This document shows, piece by piece, positions 1 to 9,118 of a DNA stretch of 62,358 nt. The stretch covers positions 1 through 62,358 of the forward strand of contig JBHJOH010000050.1 of assembly GCA_050329955.1 (NCBI GenBank), read 5' to 3'. The position numbers were made by a program, and so were the translations under genes. Every line of letters begins with the position of its first letter. Position 1 is the first letter of the stretch. The notes beneath the pieces are model-generated. The model ran no database searches. It was given only the letters and a program-made list of their open reading frames with translations, and had not been told where the DNA came from. This DNA is from Acidimicrobiia bacterium. GTDB taxonomy: Bacteria > Actinomycetota > Acidimicrobiia > Spongiisociales > ZC4RG35.

Positions 1-576
1 CGGCGCTTTCGGCGGTTCCGGCGGGGCGACCGGAGCAGTTGGTGCCTGTGCGGTCGGGGCCTCGGGCAGGCTCGTTGCCTCGGCATGTCGTTTCACGTCG
101 AGCGGTGTCACCTGCCCGCGGGCGCCGCTCGGGGTCACGGCTTCCAGCTCCACGCCCAGTTCCCGGGCCATCTTGCGGGCCGGGGGAGAGGCGGGAACGA
201 TGCCAGACGGCCTGGGAGTTGCGCCGGGCTCTTCGGTGGGGACCGGCTGCTCCGCCTCGGTGGTGGCCGCTGCTTCGGCCGGCGCCGGAGTCGACCCACC
301 ACCGAGGTCGAGTCCGCCCAGCAGATCTTCGCTCTCGGTGGCGGCGGTGGCCATCAACCCTCCGAGGGCGACGGTCATACCCGGTTCGGTATCGAGGGTT
401 TCGATCACCCCGTCGAAGGGGGCTTCGAGGTCCATGTCGACCTTGTCGGTGGACACCTCGGCGATGGGCTGGCCCTGCCTCACGGAGTCGCCCACCGCCA
501 CCTTCCACTCCAGCAGCACCGCCTCGGTCATGGTGGCCGACAGCGCCGGGAGTCTGATCTCGCGGGTGGTGCTCAT
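1..576 (-). CDS. 2-oxo acid dehydrogenase E2 (dihydrolipoamide acyltransferase), N-terminal part; runs off the window edge
   Basis: Own translation from ATG 576-574: MSTTREIRLPALSATMTEAVLLEWKV...EVSTDKVDMDLEAP (lipoyl-Lys TDK motif), Ala/Pro linker, then PASPPARKMARELGVELEAVTPSGARGQVT (peripheral-subunit-binding domain). ATGA overlap with the E1-beta stop. Absent from the ORF track because it is edge-truncated. Confidence 0.85.
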   Translation of the reverse strand, partial: MSTTREIRLPALSATMTEAVLLEWKVAVGDSVRQGQPIAEVSTDKVDMDLEAPFDGVIETLDTEPGMTVALGGLMATAATESEDLLGGLDLGGGSTPAPAEAAATTEAEQPVPTEEPGATPRPSGIVPASPPARKMARELGVELEAVTPSGARGQVTPLDVKRHAEATSLPEAPTAQAPTAPVAPPEPPKAP

Positions 577-1577
577 GCCTTCATCAGCTCCTTGGCGGCG
601 TCCACCACGTCCTCGGTCTGGGGGATGGTCGCCTTCTCGAGGGCTCGGGCGTACGGCATGGGGATGTCCCTACCGCACACTCGGCGGACGGGTGCCAGCA
701 GGTAGTCGAGGGCGTCGGACTCGACGACACCGGCCACCACCTCCGCACCCACGCCCACCGGAGTGGGGGCCTCATGGGTGACCAGCAGTCGGCCGGTCCT
801 GCGGACCGAGTCCCGCACCGTCCCGATGTCGAGTGGGCGGACGGTACGGAGATCGACCACCTCGGCGGAGATGCCGGCCTCGGCGAGCTGCTCGGCTGCT
901 TCCAGTGCCCGCATCGCCATGATCGAATGGCCCACGATGGTGAGGTCGGTTCCCGCACGGGTGACGGCTGCCTGGCCGATCCGGGCCGGGGTGTCGGCCA
1001 TCCGCTGGCGAACCACGAGTGGTCCTTCGGTCTTGTAGAGCAGCTTGTGTTCGAGGAAGATCACCGGGTTGGGGCTGAGGATCGACGCCAGCAGCAGGTC
1101 GTGGACGTCCTGGGGTGTCGACGGCATCACCACCTCCAGGCCCGGGATGTGGGCGAACCACGCCTCCAGGCTCTGGGAGTGCTGGGCGGCAGCTCCGGTG
1201 CCGCCGCCGCCGGGTGCGCGGATCACCATCGGAACCTCGACGTTGCCGCCATACATGAAGTGCAGCTTGGCGGCCTGGTTGACGATGGCGTCCATGGCGT
1301 TGACGATGAAGTCCGAGAACTGCATCTCCACCACCGGTCGCATGCCGGTGATGGCGGCGCCGATGGCGAGGCCGGCGATGACGTCCTCGGAGATGGGGGT
1401 GTCGCGGATGCGCTCCTCGCCGAACTCGGCCAGCAGACCGTCGGTGACGCCGAACGCACCGCCGTACACGCCGATGTCCTCGCCCGCCATGAACACGGCG
1501 GCGTCTTCGCTCAGGGCCAGCCGGAGGGCTGCCGCCACCGCCTTGGCGTAGGTGCTGGTTTCGGTCTGCTCAGGCAT
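573..1577 (-). CDS. 2-oxo acid dehydrogenase E1 beta subunit (pyruvate/acetoin/branched-chain type)
   Basis: 334-aa ORF with a typical transketolase-like E1-beta sequence (GEDIGVYGGAFGVTDGL, DTPISE). Overlaps both E1-alpha and E2. Confidence 0.9.
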   Translation of the reverse strand: MPEQTETSTYAKAVAAALRLALSEDAAVFMAGEDIGVYGGAFGVTDGLLAEFGEERIRDTPISEDVIAGLAIGAAITGMRPVVEMQFSDFIVNAMDAIVNQAAKLHFMYGGNVEVPMVIRAPGGGGTGAAAQHSQSLEAWFAHIPGLEVVMPSTPQDVHDLLLASILSPNPVIFLEHKLLYKTEGPLVVRQRMADTPARIGQAAVTRAGTDLTIVGHSIMAMRALEAAEQLAEAGISAEVVDLRTVRPLDIGTVRDSVRRTGRLLVTHEAPTPVGVGAEVVAGVVESDALDYLLAPVRRVCGRDIPMPYARALEKATIPQTEDVVDAAKELMKA

Positions 1578-2544
1578 AGGCTGCCCCCTCGAGGTCGTGG
1601 ATGGTGGCGTCGGGCTGGGCGTAGGCCTCTGTGATCGCCCGACGGATGTCGTCCTTGGCCTGCTCCTGGGCGGCGACGATGCCGTCCTGGTCGAGCAGCC
1701 CCGATTCCAGGCAGCGACCCTCGTAGCGCACCAGCGGGTCGCGGTGGCTGCGCCAGTCCTCGATCTCGTCCTGGGTCCGGTAGAGGTTGCGGTCGGACTT
1801 GGAGTGGCCCCGATAGCGGTAGGTGATGGCCTCCACCAGCGTGGAGCCGCCCCCGCTGCGGGCCCGTTCCACCGCCTCCGAGGTCTTCTCGAAGACGTCG
1901 ATCACGTCGTTGCCGTCGGCGGTGACGCCGGGCAGCCCGTAGGCGTCGGCCCGCCGCGCCACCGATCCTCCTGCGGTGGAGCGGTCCTGGGACATCGACA
2001 TGCCGTACTGGTTGTTCTCGCACACCCACACCACCGGCAGGTCCCACACGCCCGCCAGGTTGAGGGCCTCGTGGAACGACCCTTCGTTGGCGGCGCCGTC
2101 GCCGAAGAAACACACCACCACCTTGCCGCTGCCCTGCAGCTTCTGGCTGAGGGCGGCACCGGCGGCGATGGTCATCGAGCCTGCCACGATGCCGTTGGCG
2201 CCCAGGTTGCCCTGCGAGACATCGGCGATGTGCATCGATCCGCCCCGACCCCGGCAGTAGCCGGTGTCCTTCATGAGCAGCTCGGCCATCATCCGCATCG
2301 GGTCGCCGCCGTGGGCCAGGGTATGGCCGTGACCGCGGTGGGTGGAGGTGATGAAGTCCCCTTGGTCGAGCGCCGAACACACTCCTTCGGCCACCGCTTC
2401 CTGGCCGATCGACAGGTGCATGGTGCCGTGGAGCAGGCCCCGGGTGAACAGCTCTTCGAGCCCTTCCTCGAAGCGGCGGATCCGCCACATGCCGGCCAGC
2501 ACGGCGCCGGCGTCGGCAGGGGAGCGAGGGTCACGTCTGGGCAT
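1570..2544 (-). CDS. 2-oxo acid dehydrogenase E1 alpha subunit (TPP-dependent)
   Basis: 324-aa ORF with the TPP-binding motif FFGDGAANEGSFHEALNLA and YRYRGHS. 8-nt overlap with E1-beta. Confidence 0.9.
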   Translation of the reverse strand: MPRRDPRSPADAGAVLAGMWRIRRFEEGLEELFTRGLLHGTMHLSIGQEAVAEGVCSALDQGDFITSTHRGHGHTLAHGGDPMRMMAELLMKDTGYCRGRGGSMHIADVSQGNLGANGIVAGSMTIAAGAALSQKLQGSGKVVVCFFGDGAANEGSFHEALNLAGVWDLPVVWVCENNQYGMSMSQDRSTAGGSVARRADAYGLPGVTADGNDVIDVFEKTSEAVERARSGGGSTLVEAITYRYRGHSKSDRNLYRTQDEIEDWRSHRDPLVRYEGRCLESGLLDQDGIVAAQEQAKDDIRRAITEAYAQPDATIHDLEGAAYA

Positions 2545-3499
2545 CGATGGTCTCCCTGGGTTCGGGGGTGTCGCGGGGGTCGGGGGTGTCGGGCGTGTCG
2601 AGGGCGGCTGCGGCCGCCGATTGGTCGCAGACGAGGGTGTCGATCAGCCCGCCACGGAGGGCGGCGGCGATGGCCGGGCCCTTGTCGGCGCCGGCAGCGA
2701 CACCGATCACGTGGGGGATGGCTTTCAGGTCTTCGAGTGAGATGGCGATGACGCGCTCCGAGAGCGGGCCGCTCAGCTCGGCTCCGTCGGCGTCGATCAG
2801 CCGGGCGCACACCACCGCGGCGGGCGTTTGGCGTCCGGTGTAGGAATCGGCGATCGCCTTCTCGGCGAAGCCAACACCAGGATTGCCGATACCCACCAGC
2901 GCGGTGTCGGCTGCCCGGGCGTGGCGGAGCGCTTCGGCGATGTGGGAGTCGGCGAGCAGTTCGTTGGCCGTTGCCTCCGAGCTGACCAGCGCCGGGGCGT
3001 GGAGGAACCGGTGGCGCCCCCCGAGCTGCTGGGCAAGTCGCCGCACCAGCTCGTGCCCGGAGGCTGCCGGTGCCATGGTGAGGTCGCCGCCCACCTGCAC
3101 CACTTCGACATCGACCGGGGCGTCGGAGACGGCATGGGAGATGACCGCCTCGACCGTCCGGCCCCATCCGATGGCCAGCGTCCCCCGCAGGTTCTCGAGC
3201 AGCGTTGTGGCCGCAACCCGACCCACCAGGTCGAGCGCCGACTCGGTGCCGGCCACCACCGCCGCCTGTTTCAGGGCGAAGCGGTCACCCACGGCGGCTT
3301 CCAGCGGACCGTGGCGCCGGAGAGGATGGTCGATGACGAATCGGACGATGCCCTCGCGTCGAGCCGTCTCCAACAGTCGCGAGACGTTCGATCGGGAGGT
3401 CGCCAGCAGTTCCGCCACCTCGTCTTGGGACCATCCGTCGACGTAGTACCGCTGCGCCGCCTCGGCCAGCCGGATGCGACGTTCGAGTGCGTCGCTCAT
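2531..3499 (-). CDS. SorC/DeoR(CggR)-family sugar-binding transcriptional regulator
   Basis: N-terminal HTH (EVAELLATSRSNVSRLLETARREGIV) plus a SorC-type sugar-binding C-domain. Overlaps the E1-alpha start. Confidence 0.85.
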   Translation of the reverse strand: MSDALERRIRLAEAAQRYYVDGWSQDEVAELLATSRSNVSRLLETARREGIVRFVIDHPLRRHGPLEAAVGDRFALKQAAVVAGTESALDLVGRVAATTLLENLRGTLAIGWGRTVEAVISHAVSDAPVDVEVVQVGGDLTMAPAASGHELVRRLAQQLGGRHRFLHAPALVSSEATANELLADSHIAEALRHARAADTALVGIGNPGVGFAEKAIADSYTGRQTPAAVVCARLIDADGAELSGPLSERVIAISLEDLKAIPHVIGVAAGADKGPAIAAALRGGLIDTLVCDQSAAAAALDTPDTPDPRDTPEPRETIDAQT

Positions 3500-3515
3500 G
3501 AACGATTGTGAGTAG

Positions 3516-3533
3516 GCATCACATGAGTGATGC
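3516..3533. promoter_or_regulatory. Candidate operator: perfect 7-4-7 palindrome GCATCAC-ATGA-GTGATGC, 17 nt upstream of the SorC regulator start
   Basis: Read directly. It is AT-richer than its surroundings and positioned for autoregulation. Function is inferred only. Confidence 0.35.
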
Positions 3534-3622
3534 TATGGCACAACCGTGAGAACCTCAAGGGGAGCACCGAACGGATGTGAACTCGAAGCAAGGGGCTGAG
3601 CGCGTGGGGCGATGAGCCAGAG

Positions 3623-3683
3623 GGAGGCTAGCCCGATCCTGGCCTGGGTATCCGGGGCTTCCGGCTTCTGGCTTCTAGCCTCC
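3623..3683. repeat. Hairpin GGAGGCTAG/CTAGCCTCC enclosing the heptamer tandem GGCTTCC-GGCTTCT-GGCTTCT
   Basis: Read directly. GGCTTCT is the reverse complement of the AGAAGCC words at 30788-30835 and 27979-27985. Confidence 0.6.
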
Positions 3684-3701
3684 TGCTTTCCTCTGCGGGC
3701 C

Positions 3702-4421
3702 CTACCGCCATGCGCCCTTCTCCCACTCGGTGGCGTACTCCTCGGCCGAGAAGAAGTCCTCCACGAAGGTGACCTTGATGTTGCGCGGGTCACCAGGGAC
3801 GATCCGCACCTCGAGGTCGGTGAACCGTTCCACCGTTTCGGCCGTGTCCACACCCTCGAATCCCGCCTCGAGTGAGGCCTCGTAGGCGTGGAGCAGTGGC
3901 AGGGCATGGAACACCTGAGGTGTCTGCACCCGTCGCAGGCTGCTGGGCGGCAGCATCGTCACCCCTTCAGGGCTGGTGCGGTACAGCGGCTCTTCGATCG
4001 GCAAGCCGGGAATGGCGCCACCGTATTCGACCGCGGTGTCGATGAGCGTGTTCAGCAGCACGAGCGTCATGAACGGCCGAGCGCCATCGTGAATGGCGAC
4101 GATATCGATCTTCCCGTCCTCTATGTCGGACTGGAAGGCACGGAGGCCGGCGATCTCCGACAGATGACGGCTGGCCCCGCCCACCACAACGTGGCTCAGC
4201 TTGGACGTCATCGTCCCACCGATCAGCATCTCGGCGCGGGCCTCGTCGTCCTCGCGCACCACCAGCGCCACCTGGGAGATGCGTGGAGAACGATCCATTG
4301 TCTCCAGCGAATACTCCAGCATGTCGCGGTCGCCGATCGGCAGATACACCTTGTTCACATCGCGCTGCACCCGCGACCCGGACCCCCCGGCGAGAACGAT
4401 GGCGGCAACCGACATGGACAT
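3702..4421 (-). CDS. IspD/TarI-family cytidylyltransferase (MEP cytidylyltransferase-like)
   Basis: MSMSVAAIVLAGGSGSRV (nucleotide-binding loop), HDGARP, VQTPQVF. Start moved to ATG 4421, because the upstream part of ORF 3702..4580 lies in repeat-rich non-coding sequence. Confidence 0.75.
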   Translation of the reverse strand: MSMSVAAIVLAGGSGSRVQRDVNKVYLPIGDRDMLEYSLETMDRSPRISQVALVVREDDEARAEMLIGGTMTSKLSHVVVGGASRHLSEIAGLRAFQSDIEDGKIDIVAIHDGARPFMTLVLLNTLIDTAVEYGGAIPGLPIEEPLYRTSPEGVTMLPPSSLRRVQTPQVFHALPLLHAYEASLEAGFEGVDTAETVERFTDLEVRIVPGDPRNIKVTFVEDFFSAEEYATEWEKGAWR

Positions 4422-4440
4422 CCCACGACGATACTGCTCG

Positions 4441-4640
4441 CCTGGCGGCTCGCTGTATCCGCTCGCCCCAGCGAGCGCCAGCGAGCGGATACGTGAGAGC
4501 CCCCGAGCGGCGCCTGTACGCGTCCGTTTGGATCCGAGCTTCAGGACGCACGAAGTTACGTGGGGCGTCGAAGACCCCAACCCGCGTACCGGTGGCCTGT
4601 ACAGGGAGCGAGCCCCCAGGCGAGCGAATACGTGGAGGCC
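4441..4640. repeat. Composite palindromic intergenic element (family B: GTATYCGCTCGCC / GGCGAGCGAATAC arms)
   Basis: 12-bp perfect hairpin GTATCCGCTCGC...GCGAGCGGATAC (4455-4492). Tandem CCAGCGAGCG x2. Distal inverted copy GGCGAGCGAATAC at 4619-4631. 30 of 32 nt match a copy at 38975-39005 on the opposite strand. Confidence 0.7.
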
Positions 4641-4748
4641 CCCGAACAGCGGTCCCGTCGACGCTGTCGACTAGCGGTAGGTGACAGGGCCGTTAACCTG
4701 CGATGGTCATCAGGAGGCATCCCCGCCGGGTCATCCCAGGCATTCATC

Positions 4749-5264
4749 ATGATGAGTCCGCATCTTCTTCGCCCGTTCAGCTCGCGCCAGCTCAGCCTCG
4801 TCGAGGGTGACGGTCAGGTGGTTGCCTTTGGGGTTCTCGGGGCACGGTATGCCGGGCCGTCGGTCGAAGTGCACGCTCCCACCCTCATCAAGCGGGTGCA
4901 GGAGTTGCCACGATCGATCCGGACGGTGGTGTTCTTCGACGAGCCGGTCCCCGACGGTGCCACTGTGTCGACCATCGACGACATGCTGGCCGTGTTCGAG
5001 GAGTTGGGTGTCGACGCCCTCACCCAGTATGTCGCTGCCACCGAGGCGGTGAAGCGGGTGGAAGGCGACGTGGTTGCGGAAGGGATCGACCGTTCGGCGC
5101 TGGTGGCCATCCGCTGCCCGGAGGTGATCACCCGCCTGGCGCTCGACATTGCTGTTGCGGCCCTCACCGACGAGCTGTGGGTGAATCCCACTGCCCGGGT
5201 GGCACAGGTCGGCGGTTCGGTGGCGCTGTACGGTGGGCCGCTCGTCCCGGTTCGGCGACGCTGA
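4749..5264 (+). CDS. Hypothetical protein resembling only the C-terminal half of IspD-type cytidylyltransferases
   Basis: GC3-rich ORF. VDALTQYVAATEAVKRVEGDVVAEGIDRSALVAIRCPEVITRLAL parallels the IspD ...DTxK...dR..L...QTPQ.F segment, but the N-terminal GxGxR loop is missing. Start ATG 4749 chosen; uncertain. Confidence 0.45.
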   Translation: MMSPHLLRPFSSRQLSLVEGDGQVVAFGVLGARYAGPSVEVHAPTLIKRVQELPRSIRTVVFFDEPVPDGATVSTIDDMLAVFEELGVDALTQYVAATEAVKRVEGDVVAEGIDRSALVAIRCPEVITRLALDIAVAALTDELWVNPTARVAQVGGSVALYGGPLVPVRRR

Positions 5265-5273
5265 CCGGGGCGT

Positions 5274-6104
5274 TCAGGCGCTGGTGCGTTTACGGGCCTT
5301 CAGTGCCCACACGGTGAGTGCGGCGGCGATGCCGCCCGCCACGGCCGCTCCGCTGATCACCGGTACCGGGGCGGGGACTGCGGCCAGTCGGGTCCGGAGT
5401 GTGACCGGGCGTTCGAAGTGCACGATCAGCCAGTCGCGCTCGAGGGCGATCGCTTCGAGTTCCTTGTCGGGGTTGACCGCCACCGGGTGTCCGACGACTT
5501 CCAGCATCGGGACGTCGGTGATCGAGTCGGAGTAGGCGTAACACTCGGAGAGGTCGAGGCCGTCACGTTCGGCCACTTCGGTGATGGCGACCGCCTTGCC
5601 CGGGCCATAGGCGTAGAAGTCGAGCTGGCCGGTGTATTTGCCGTCGGCGTCGATCTCGGGGCGGGTGCCGATCACCTCGTCGACGCCCAGATAGGAGCCG
5701 AGCGGGGCGACGATTTCGACCGGGCTGGAGGAGATGACCACCACCCGGCGACCGGCCCGATGGTGCTCGTCGATGATTGCCAACGCCTCGGCGAACACCA
5801 GCGGCGATACCACCTCGTCGACGGTTTCGGCGACCAGTTCCTCGATCTCGCGTTTGTCCCAGCCTTTGGTCATCTCGCCCAGCTCCTCGCGGACCTTTTC
5901 GAGCTGGTCGTGGTCGGCGCCGAACATCGAGTAGTAGGCCTGGGCGATGCCGGCCTTGAGCATCGCCCGCCTCGACAGGATCCCGGCACGGGACAGCGGT
6001 CGGGCGAACGCCAGTGTCGAGGACTTGGCGATGATGGTCTTGTCGAGGTCGAAGAAGGCGGCAGCGCTCACAGCGGAGAGTGTACGCCTCGATGCGCAGA
6101 CCAC
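5274..6104 (-). CDS. HAD-IB family hydrolase (SerB-like) with a C-terminal transmembrane tail
   Basis: FFDLDKTII motif I and a GDSITD-like motif (SDSITDVPML). Hydrophobic C-terminus. Alternative GTG start at 6071. Confidence 0.8.
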   Translation of the reverse strand: MVCASRRTLSAVSAAAFFDLDKTIIAKSSTLAFARPLSRAGILSRRAMLKAGIAQAYYSMFGADHDQLEKVREELGEMTKGWDKREIEELVAETVDEVVSPLVFAEALAIIDEHHRAGRRVVVISSSPVEIVAPLGSYLGVDEVIGTRPEIDADGKYTGQLDFYAYGPGKAVAITEVAERDGLDLSECYAYSDSITDVPMLEVVGHPVAVNPDKELEAIALERDWLIVHFERPVTLRTRLAAVPAPVPVISGAAVAGGIAAALTVWALKARKRTSA

Positions 6105-6201
6105 CAGCAGGGGTAGTAGTCGCAGGTGGCGTCAACAGGCCCCCACGCCAACGGGGCCACGGGTCGACACGCCGACTGGTCGGGCCAGCAGCCGAGTCCG
6201 G

Positions 6202-6234
6202 CCTTGTCGGCCTGTTGACCTGTTGACCTGTCGG
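6202..6234. repeat. Tandem octamer array CCTTGTCGG-CCTGTTGA-CCTGTTGA-CCTGTCGG upstream of the tad locus
   Basis: Read directly. Contains two TTGAC (-35-like) hexamers. A reverse-complement copy lies at 10561-10576. Confidence 0.6.
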
Positions 6235-6275
6235 CCCCCTGTTTTCTGTCTCAGCGGTGGTGTACGTTTGTCGAC

Positions 6276-6815
6276 GTGACTCTTCATTCAGTGTTGGCGG
6301 TTCGGTGCGACACCGATCTGCTGTTGCATCACCTGGCCGGTATCGGATTGGCTGCCTCGCGCGGTACTGCGTTGCTGGTCGACCTCGACCCGGCCTCCCC
6401 CTCCTACCCGGGGCGGCTGACGGTGGCCGACCTGGTGCGCGACGGCCTGCGGAAGGCGGACCTGGCCCCTTCGAAGAAGGGCGTGGCGGTGTTGGGCAAC
6501 GGGGGTGCCGACATCGAGCGGGCGGTCGAGTTGGTCGATGCTCTCGCCGAGGGCTGGCCGGCGGTGGCGGTGCGGGCAGGATCCGATCCTCTTCCCTATC
6601 CGGTGGTGCCCGTGGTCCCGGCCTTTCCCGCCGCCTGGGGGATTGAGGCCGAAGGTGCTGTCCGCCAGCCGGTGATGAGGGCGGGCATCGAGGGCGGTCT
6701 GGTGCTGCCGGTGCTGCGACGTGGCCAGGTGCAGTCGATGCTGGCCGGGAGGGTTCGGCCGGCCTGGCGGTGGGTGAGGGCGTGGTCGCAGGTTTGGGAA
6801 CGACCATGGGGTTGA
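6276..6815 (+). CDS. Short TadZ/CpaE-like (helicase/secretion-neighbourhood) protein lacking a recognisable Walker A
   Basis: Sits immediately upstream of, and overlapping, tadA, as in actinobacterial tad loci. Weak ParA/MinD-like pattern (LLVDLDP...VAVLGNGG) with no KGGxGK loop. GTG start. Confidence 0.5.
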   Translation: MTLHSVLAVRCDTDLLLHHLAGIGLAASRGTALLVDLDPASPSYPGRLTVADLVRDGLRKADLAPSKKGVAVLGNGGADIERAVELVDALAEGWPAVAVRAGSDPLPYPVVPVVPAFPAAWGIEAEGAVRQPVMRAGIEGGLVLPVLRRGQVQSMLAGRVRPAWRWVRAWSQVWERPWG

Positions 6816-7846
6816 TCGATCGTCTCTCCGAGACCCTCATCGCCAGCGGGGTACCCATCGAACGGAGCGCCCTCGACCGGGCGTTGGCGGGCATGGTCGA
6901 CGATGAGGCACCGCTGGCGTCGGCCACCGATCTGCAGTCGGTGGTCGATGGTCTGGTGGGGTTGGGGCCGGTCGAGACCCTGCTGCGGGACGCCGAGGTC
7001 ACCGACGTGCTGGTCAACGGGCCGGGTGAGGTCTGGACCGAACGCCGGGGTGTGCTGGAGCGCAGCGACGTCACCTATCCCGACGACGACGCCGTGATCG
7101 CGGCGGTGGAGCGGGTCATTACCCCGCTCGGGCTGCGTTTCGATCGGGCGGCGCCGATGGTCGACGCCCGGCTCGTCGACGGCAGCAGGCTCCACGCGGT
7201 GATGCCTCCGGCGTCGGTCGGTCATCCGGTCATGGCGGTGCGGCGTTTCACCCAGGCGGTCGGAACCCTCGACGAGATGGTGTCGGCCCGTACGCTCGAC
7301 AACGACCAGGCCGAAGAGTTGCGTGGGTTGGTCGTCGACCGGGCCAACCTGCTCATCGCCGGCGGCACCGGTGCCGGCAAGACCACGTTGCTCAATGTGA
7401 TGTCGACCGAGATACCGGCCGGTGAGCGGGTGGTGGTCATCGAGGACGCCTCCGAACTGGCCATGGCCGGGCATGTGGTGCGCCTGGAGGCGCGCCCCGC
7501 CAACGCCGAAGGTGCCGGCGAGATCACTCTCCGACACCTGCTTCGCTCGGCGTTGCGCCTGCGACCCGATCGGATCGTGGTGGGTGAGGTTCGGGGCCCC
7601 GAAGCCCTCGACCTGGTCAATGCGCTCAACACCGGTCACGCCGGATCGATGGCGACCATCCACGCCAACGCCCCCGAGGAGGCGCTGTGGCGTCTCGAAA
7701 CGTTGGCGTTGTCGGGGGATTCCCGGGTGGGAGAGGAGGCGGTTCGTCGCCAGTTGCGAAGTTCGATCCACGCCGTGGTCCAGATCGAACGCCGGGATGG
7801 GCTGCGGCGGGTGACCGGGATCCACCGGGTACAGCCATGGAGTTGA
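6806..7846 (+). CDS. tadA: Tad/CpaF-type pilus assembly ATPase (TadA)
   Basis: Walker A GGTGAGKTTLLN, Walker B VVVIEDASE, GHAGSMATIHAN. Start at MGLIDRL; the ORF extends to 6770. Confidence 0.9.
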   Translation: MGLIDRLSETLIASGVPIERSALDRALAGMVDDEAPLASATDLQSVVDGLVGLGPVETLLRDAEVTDVLVNGPGEVWTERRGVLERSDVTYPDDDAVIAAVERVITPLGLRFDRAAPMVDARLVDGSRLHAVMPPASVGHPVMAVRRFTQAVGTLDEMVSARTLDNDQAEELRGLVVDRANLLIAGGTGAGKTTLLNVMSTEIPAGERVVVIEDASELAMAGHVVRLEARPANAEGAGEITLRHLLRSALRLRPDRIVVGEVRGPEALDLVNALNTGHAGSMATIHANAPEEALWRLETLALSGDSRVGEEAVRRQLRSSIHAVVQIERRDGLRRVTGIHRVQPWS

Positions 7847-8511
7847 CCTTCTTCGTCGGTGTCGTGCTGGGCTGGGCCTCGGGACGGCATCCGGTCGAGC
7901 AACTGGCCCTCCTGGCGACCGTGGTGGCGCCCGTTCCCGCCGCCGTCGTCATGCTGGCGCTCGCCGTGCATCAGGTCCGTACCTCGCGTCCGGTCGACCG
8001 GCGCAGTGCCGGTGTGCTGTTGCTGGTGCGCCTGGCGGCCCAGCTGCGCTCCGGTTCCACGCTCCGCATGGCGATCGGCGAGGTGGCCTCGGGCGATCCA
8101 GACCTGGCGTCTGCGGCCCGTCTGGCCGAGGCCGGGCGGCCGATGGGACACGTCGTCGACGCCATGGCACCCGGTCTTGGGCGTTTCGCTCACCTCACGG
8201 GAGCGTCGATCAGGATGGCGGCATCGAGCGGTGGTCCCCTGGCCCCGGTGGTCGAGCAGCTCGTGGTACAGGCGATGGCGCTCGACGATCTCCAACGGGA
8301 GCGACGCTCGGCCATGGCTCCGGGTCTGCTGCAGGCGGTGGTGGTGGGAGGGGTGCCGGTGGTGGTGTTGGGGTCGATGCTCGCCACGGGCCGGTTGATC
8401 GACCTGATGGCCTCTGGTCCGTTCCAGGCGGCTGCCGCTCTGCTCGGTTCGGGGTTGACGCTCAGCGGGGTGGCAGTGGTGGGCAGGATCGTGTGGAAGG
8501 ACGTGCGATGA
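7837..8511 (+). CDS. tadB: TadB-like type II secretion system F-domain membrane protein
   Basis: Polytopic membrane protein directly after tadA with a 10-nt overlap. ATG at 7837 within ORF 7687..8511. Confidence 0.7.
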   Translation: MELTFFVGVVLGWASGRHPVEQLALLATVVAPVPAAVVMLALAVHQVRTSRPVDRRSAGVLLLVRLAAQLRSGSTLRMAIGEVASGDPDLASAARLAEAGRPMGHVVDAMAPGLGRFAHLTGASIRMAASSGGPLAPVVEQLVVQAMALDDLQRERRSAMAPGLLQAVVVGGVPVVVLGSMLATGRLIDLMASGPFQAAAALLGSGLTLSGVAVVGRIVWKDVR

Positions 8512-9068
8512 GCAGGTGGGGCTGGCTCGTCATGGCGTCGGCCGGGCTCGGTTGGCGGGGGCTCGGTGCCGCTCTGGTGCTGCTCACCATCGGGCGTCTG
8601 CGGCGACGTCGTCGGCGCCACGACGTGGTCGGCGACGAGGCGGTCGACCACCTCGCCGCGTTGGTGGTGATCGGGTTGTCGGCATCGATGACCCTGCCTG
8701 CCGCCCTCGAGAGTGCGGCTTTGGAGACCGGCGGTGCGGTGGCGGATGAGGTCGCCGACGTGCTGCGTCGGGCCAGACACCGGGGTGTTGCCCGTGCCCT
8801 CGCCGAGACCGAGGGCCCACTCGCCGACCTCGCCACCCAACTCGCCCAGGCCCAGGTGACCGGCGCCCCCATGGTGGGGGCAGTCACGGCCTTCCTGGCC
8901 ACCCGCCGTGCCACCGCCCGCTCCAAGCTGCTGGAACGGGCCCGCACGCTGCCGGTCAGGCTGATCGTCCCGGTGGCGTTGTTGCTGCTGCCTGGATTCA
9001 TCGTGCTGGTGATGGGTCCCTATGTGATCGAGCAGGTGGGCGACCTCATCGTCTCGCCGATGCCATGA
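8508..9068 (+). CDS. tadC: TadC-like type II secretion system F-domain membrane protein
   Basis: ATGA overlap with tadB. Hydrophobic N- and C-termini around a soluble helical middle, typical of TadC. Confidence 0.7.
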   Translation: MSRWGWLVMASAGLGWRGLGAALVLLTIGRLRRRRRRHDVVGDEAVDHLAALVVIGLSASMTLPAALESAALETGGAVADEVADVLRRARHRGVARALAETEGPLADLATQLAQAQVTGAPMVGAVTAFLATRRATARSKLLERARTLPVRLIVPVALLLLPGFIVLVMGPYVIEQVGDLIVSPMP

Positions 9069-9118
9069 CCGCACTTCCCCCCGTCGCCGGCCGGATGCCG
9101 TGCCGAGAAAGGAGTGGC

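Noticed and set aside
5563-7074. 503-aa ORF spanning the HAD hydrolase, the intergenic region and the start of the tad locus.
   Set aside because: The product is extremely Arg/Pro/Ser-rich. It crosses a repeat-containing intergenic region and overlaps three well-supported genes.
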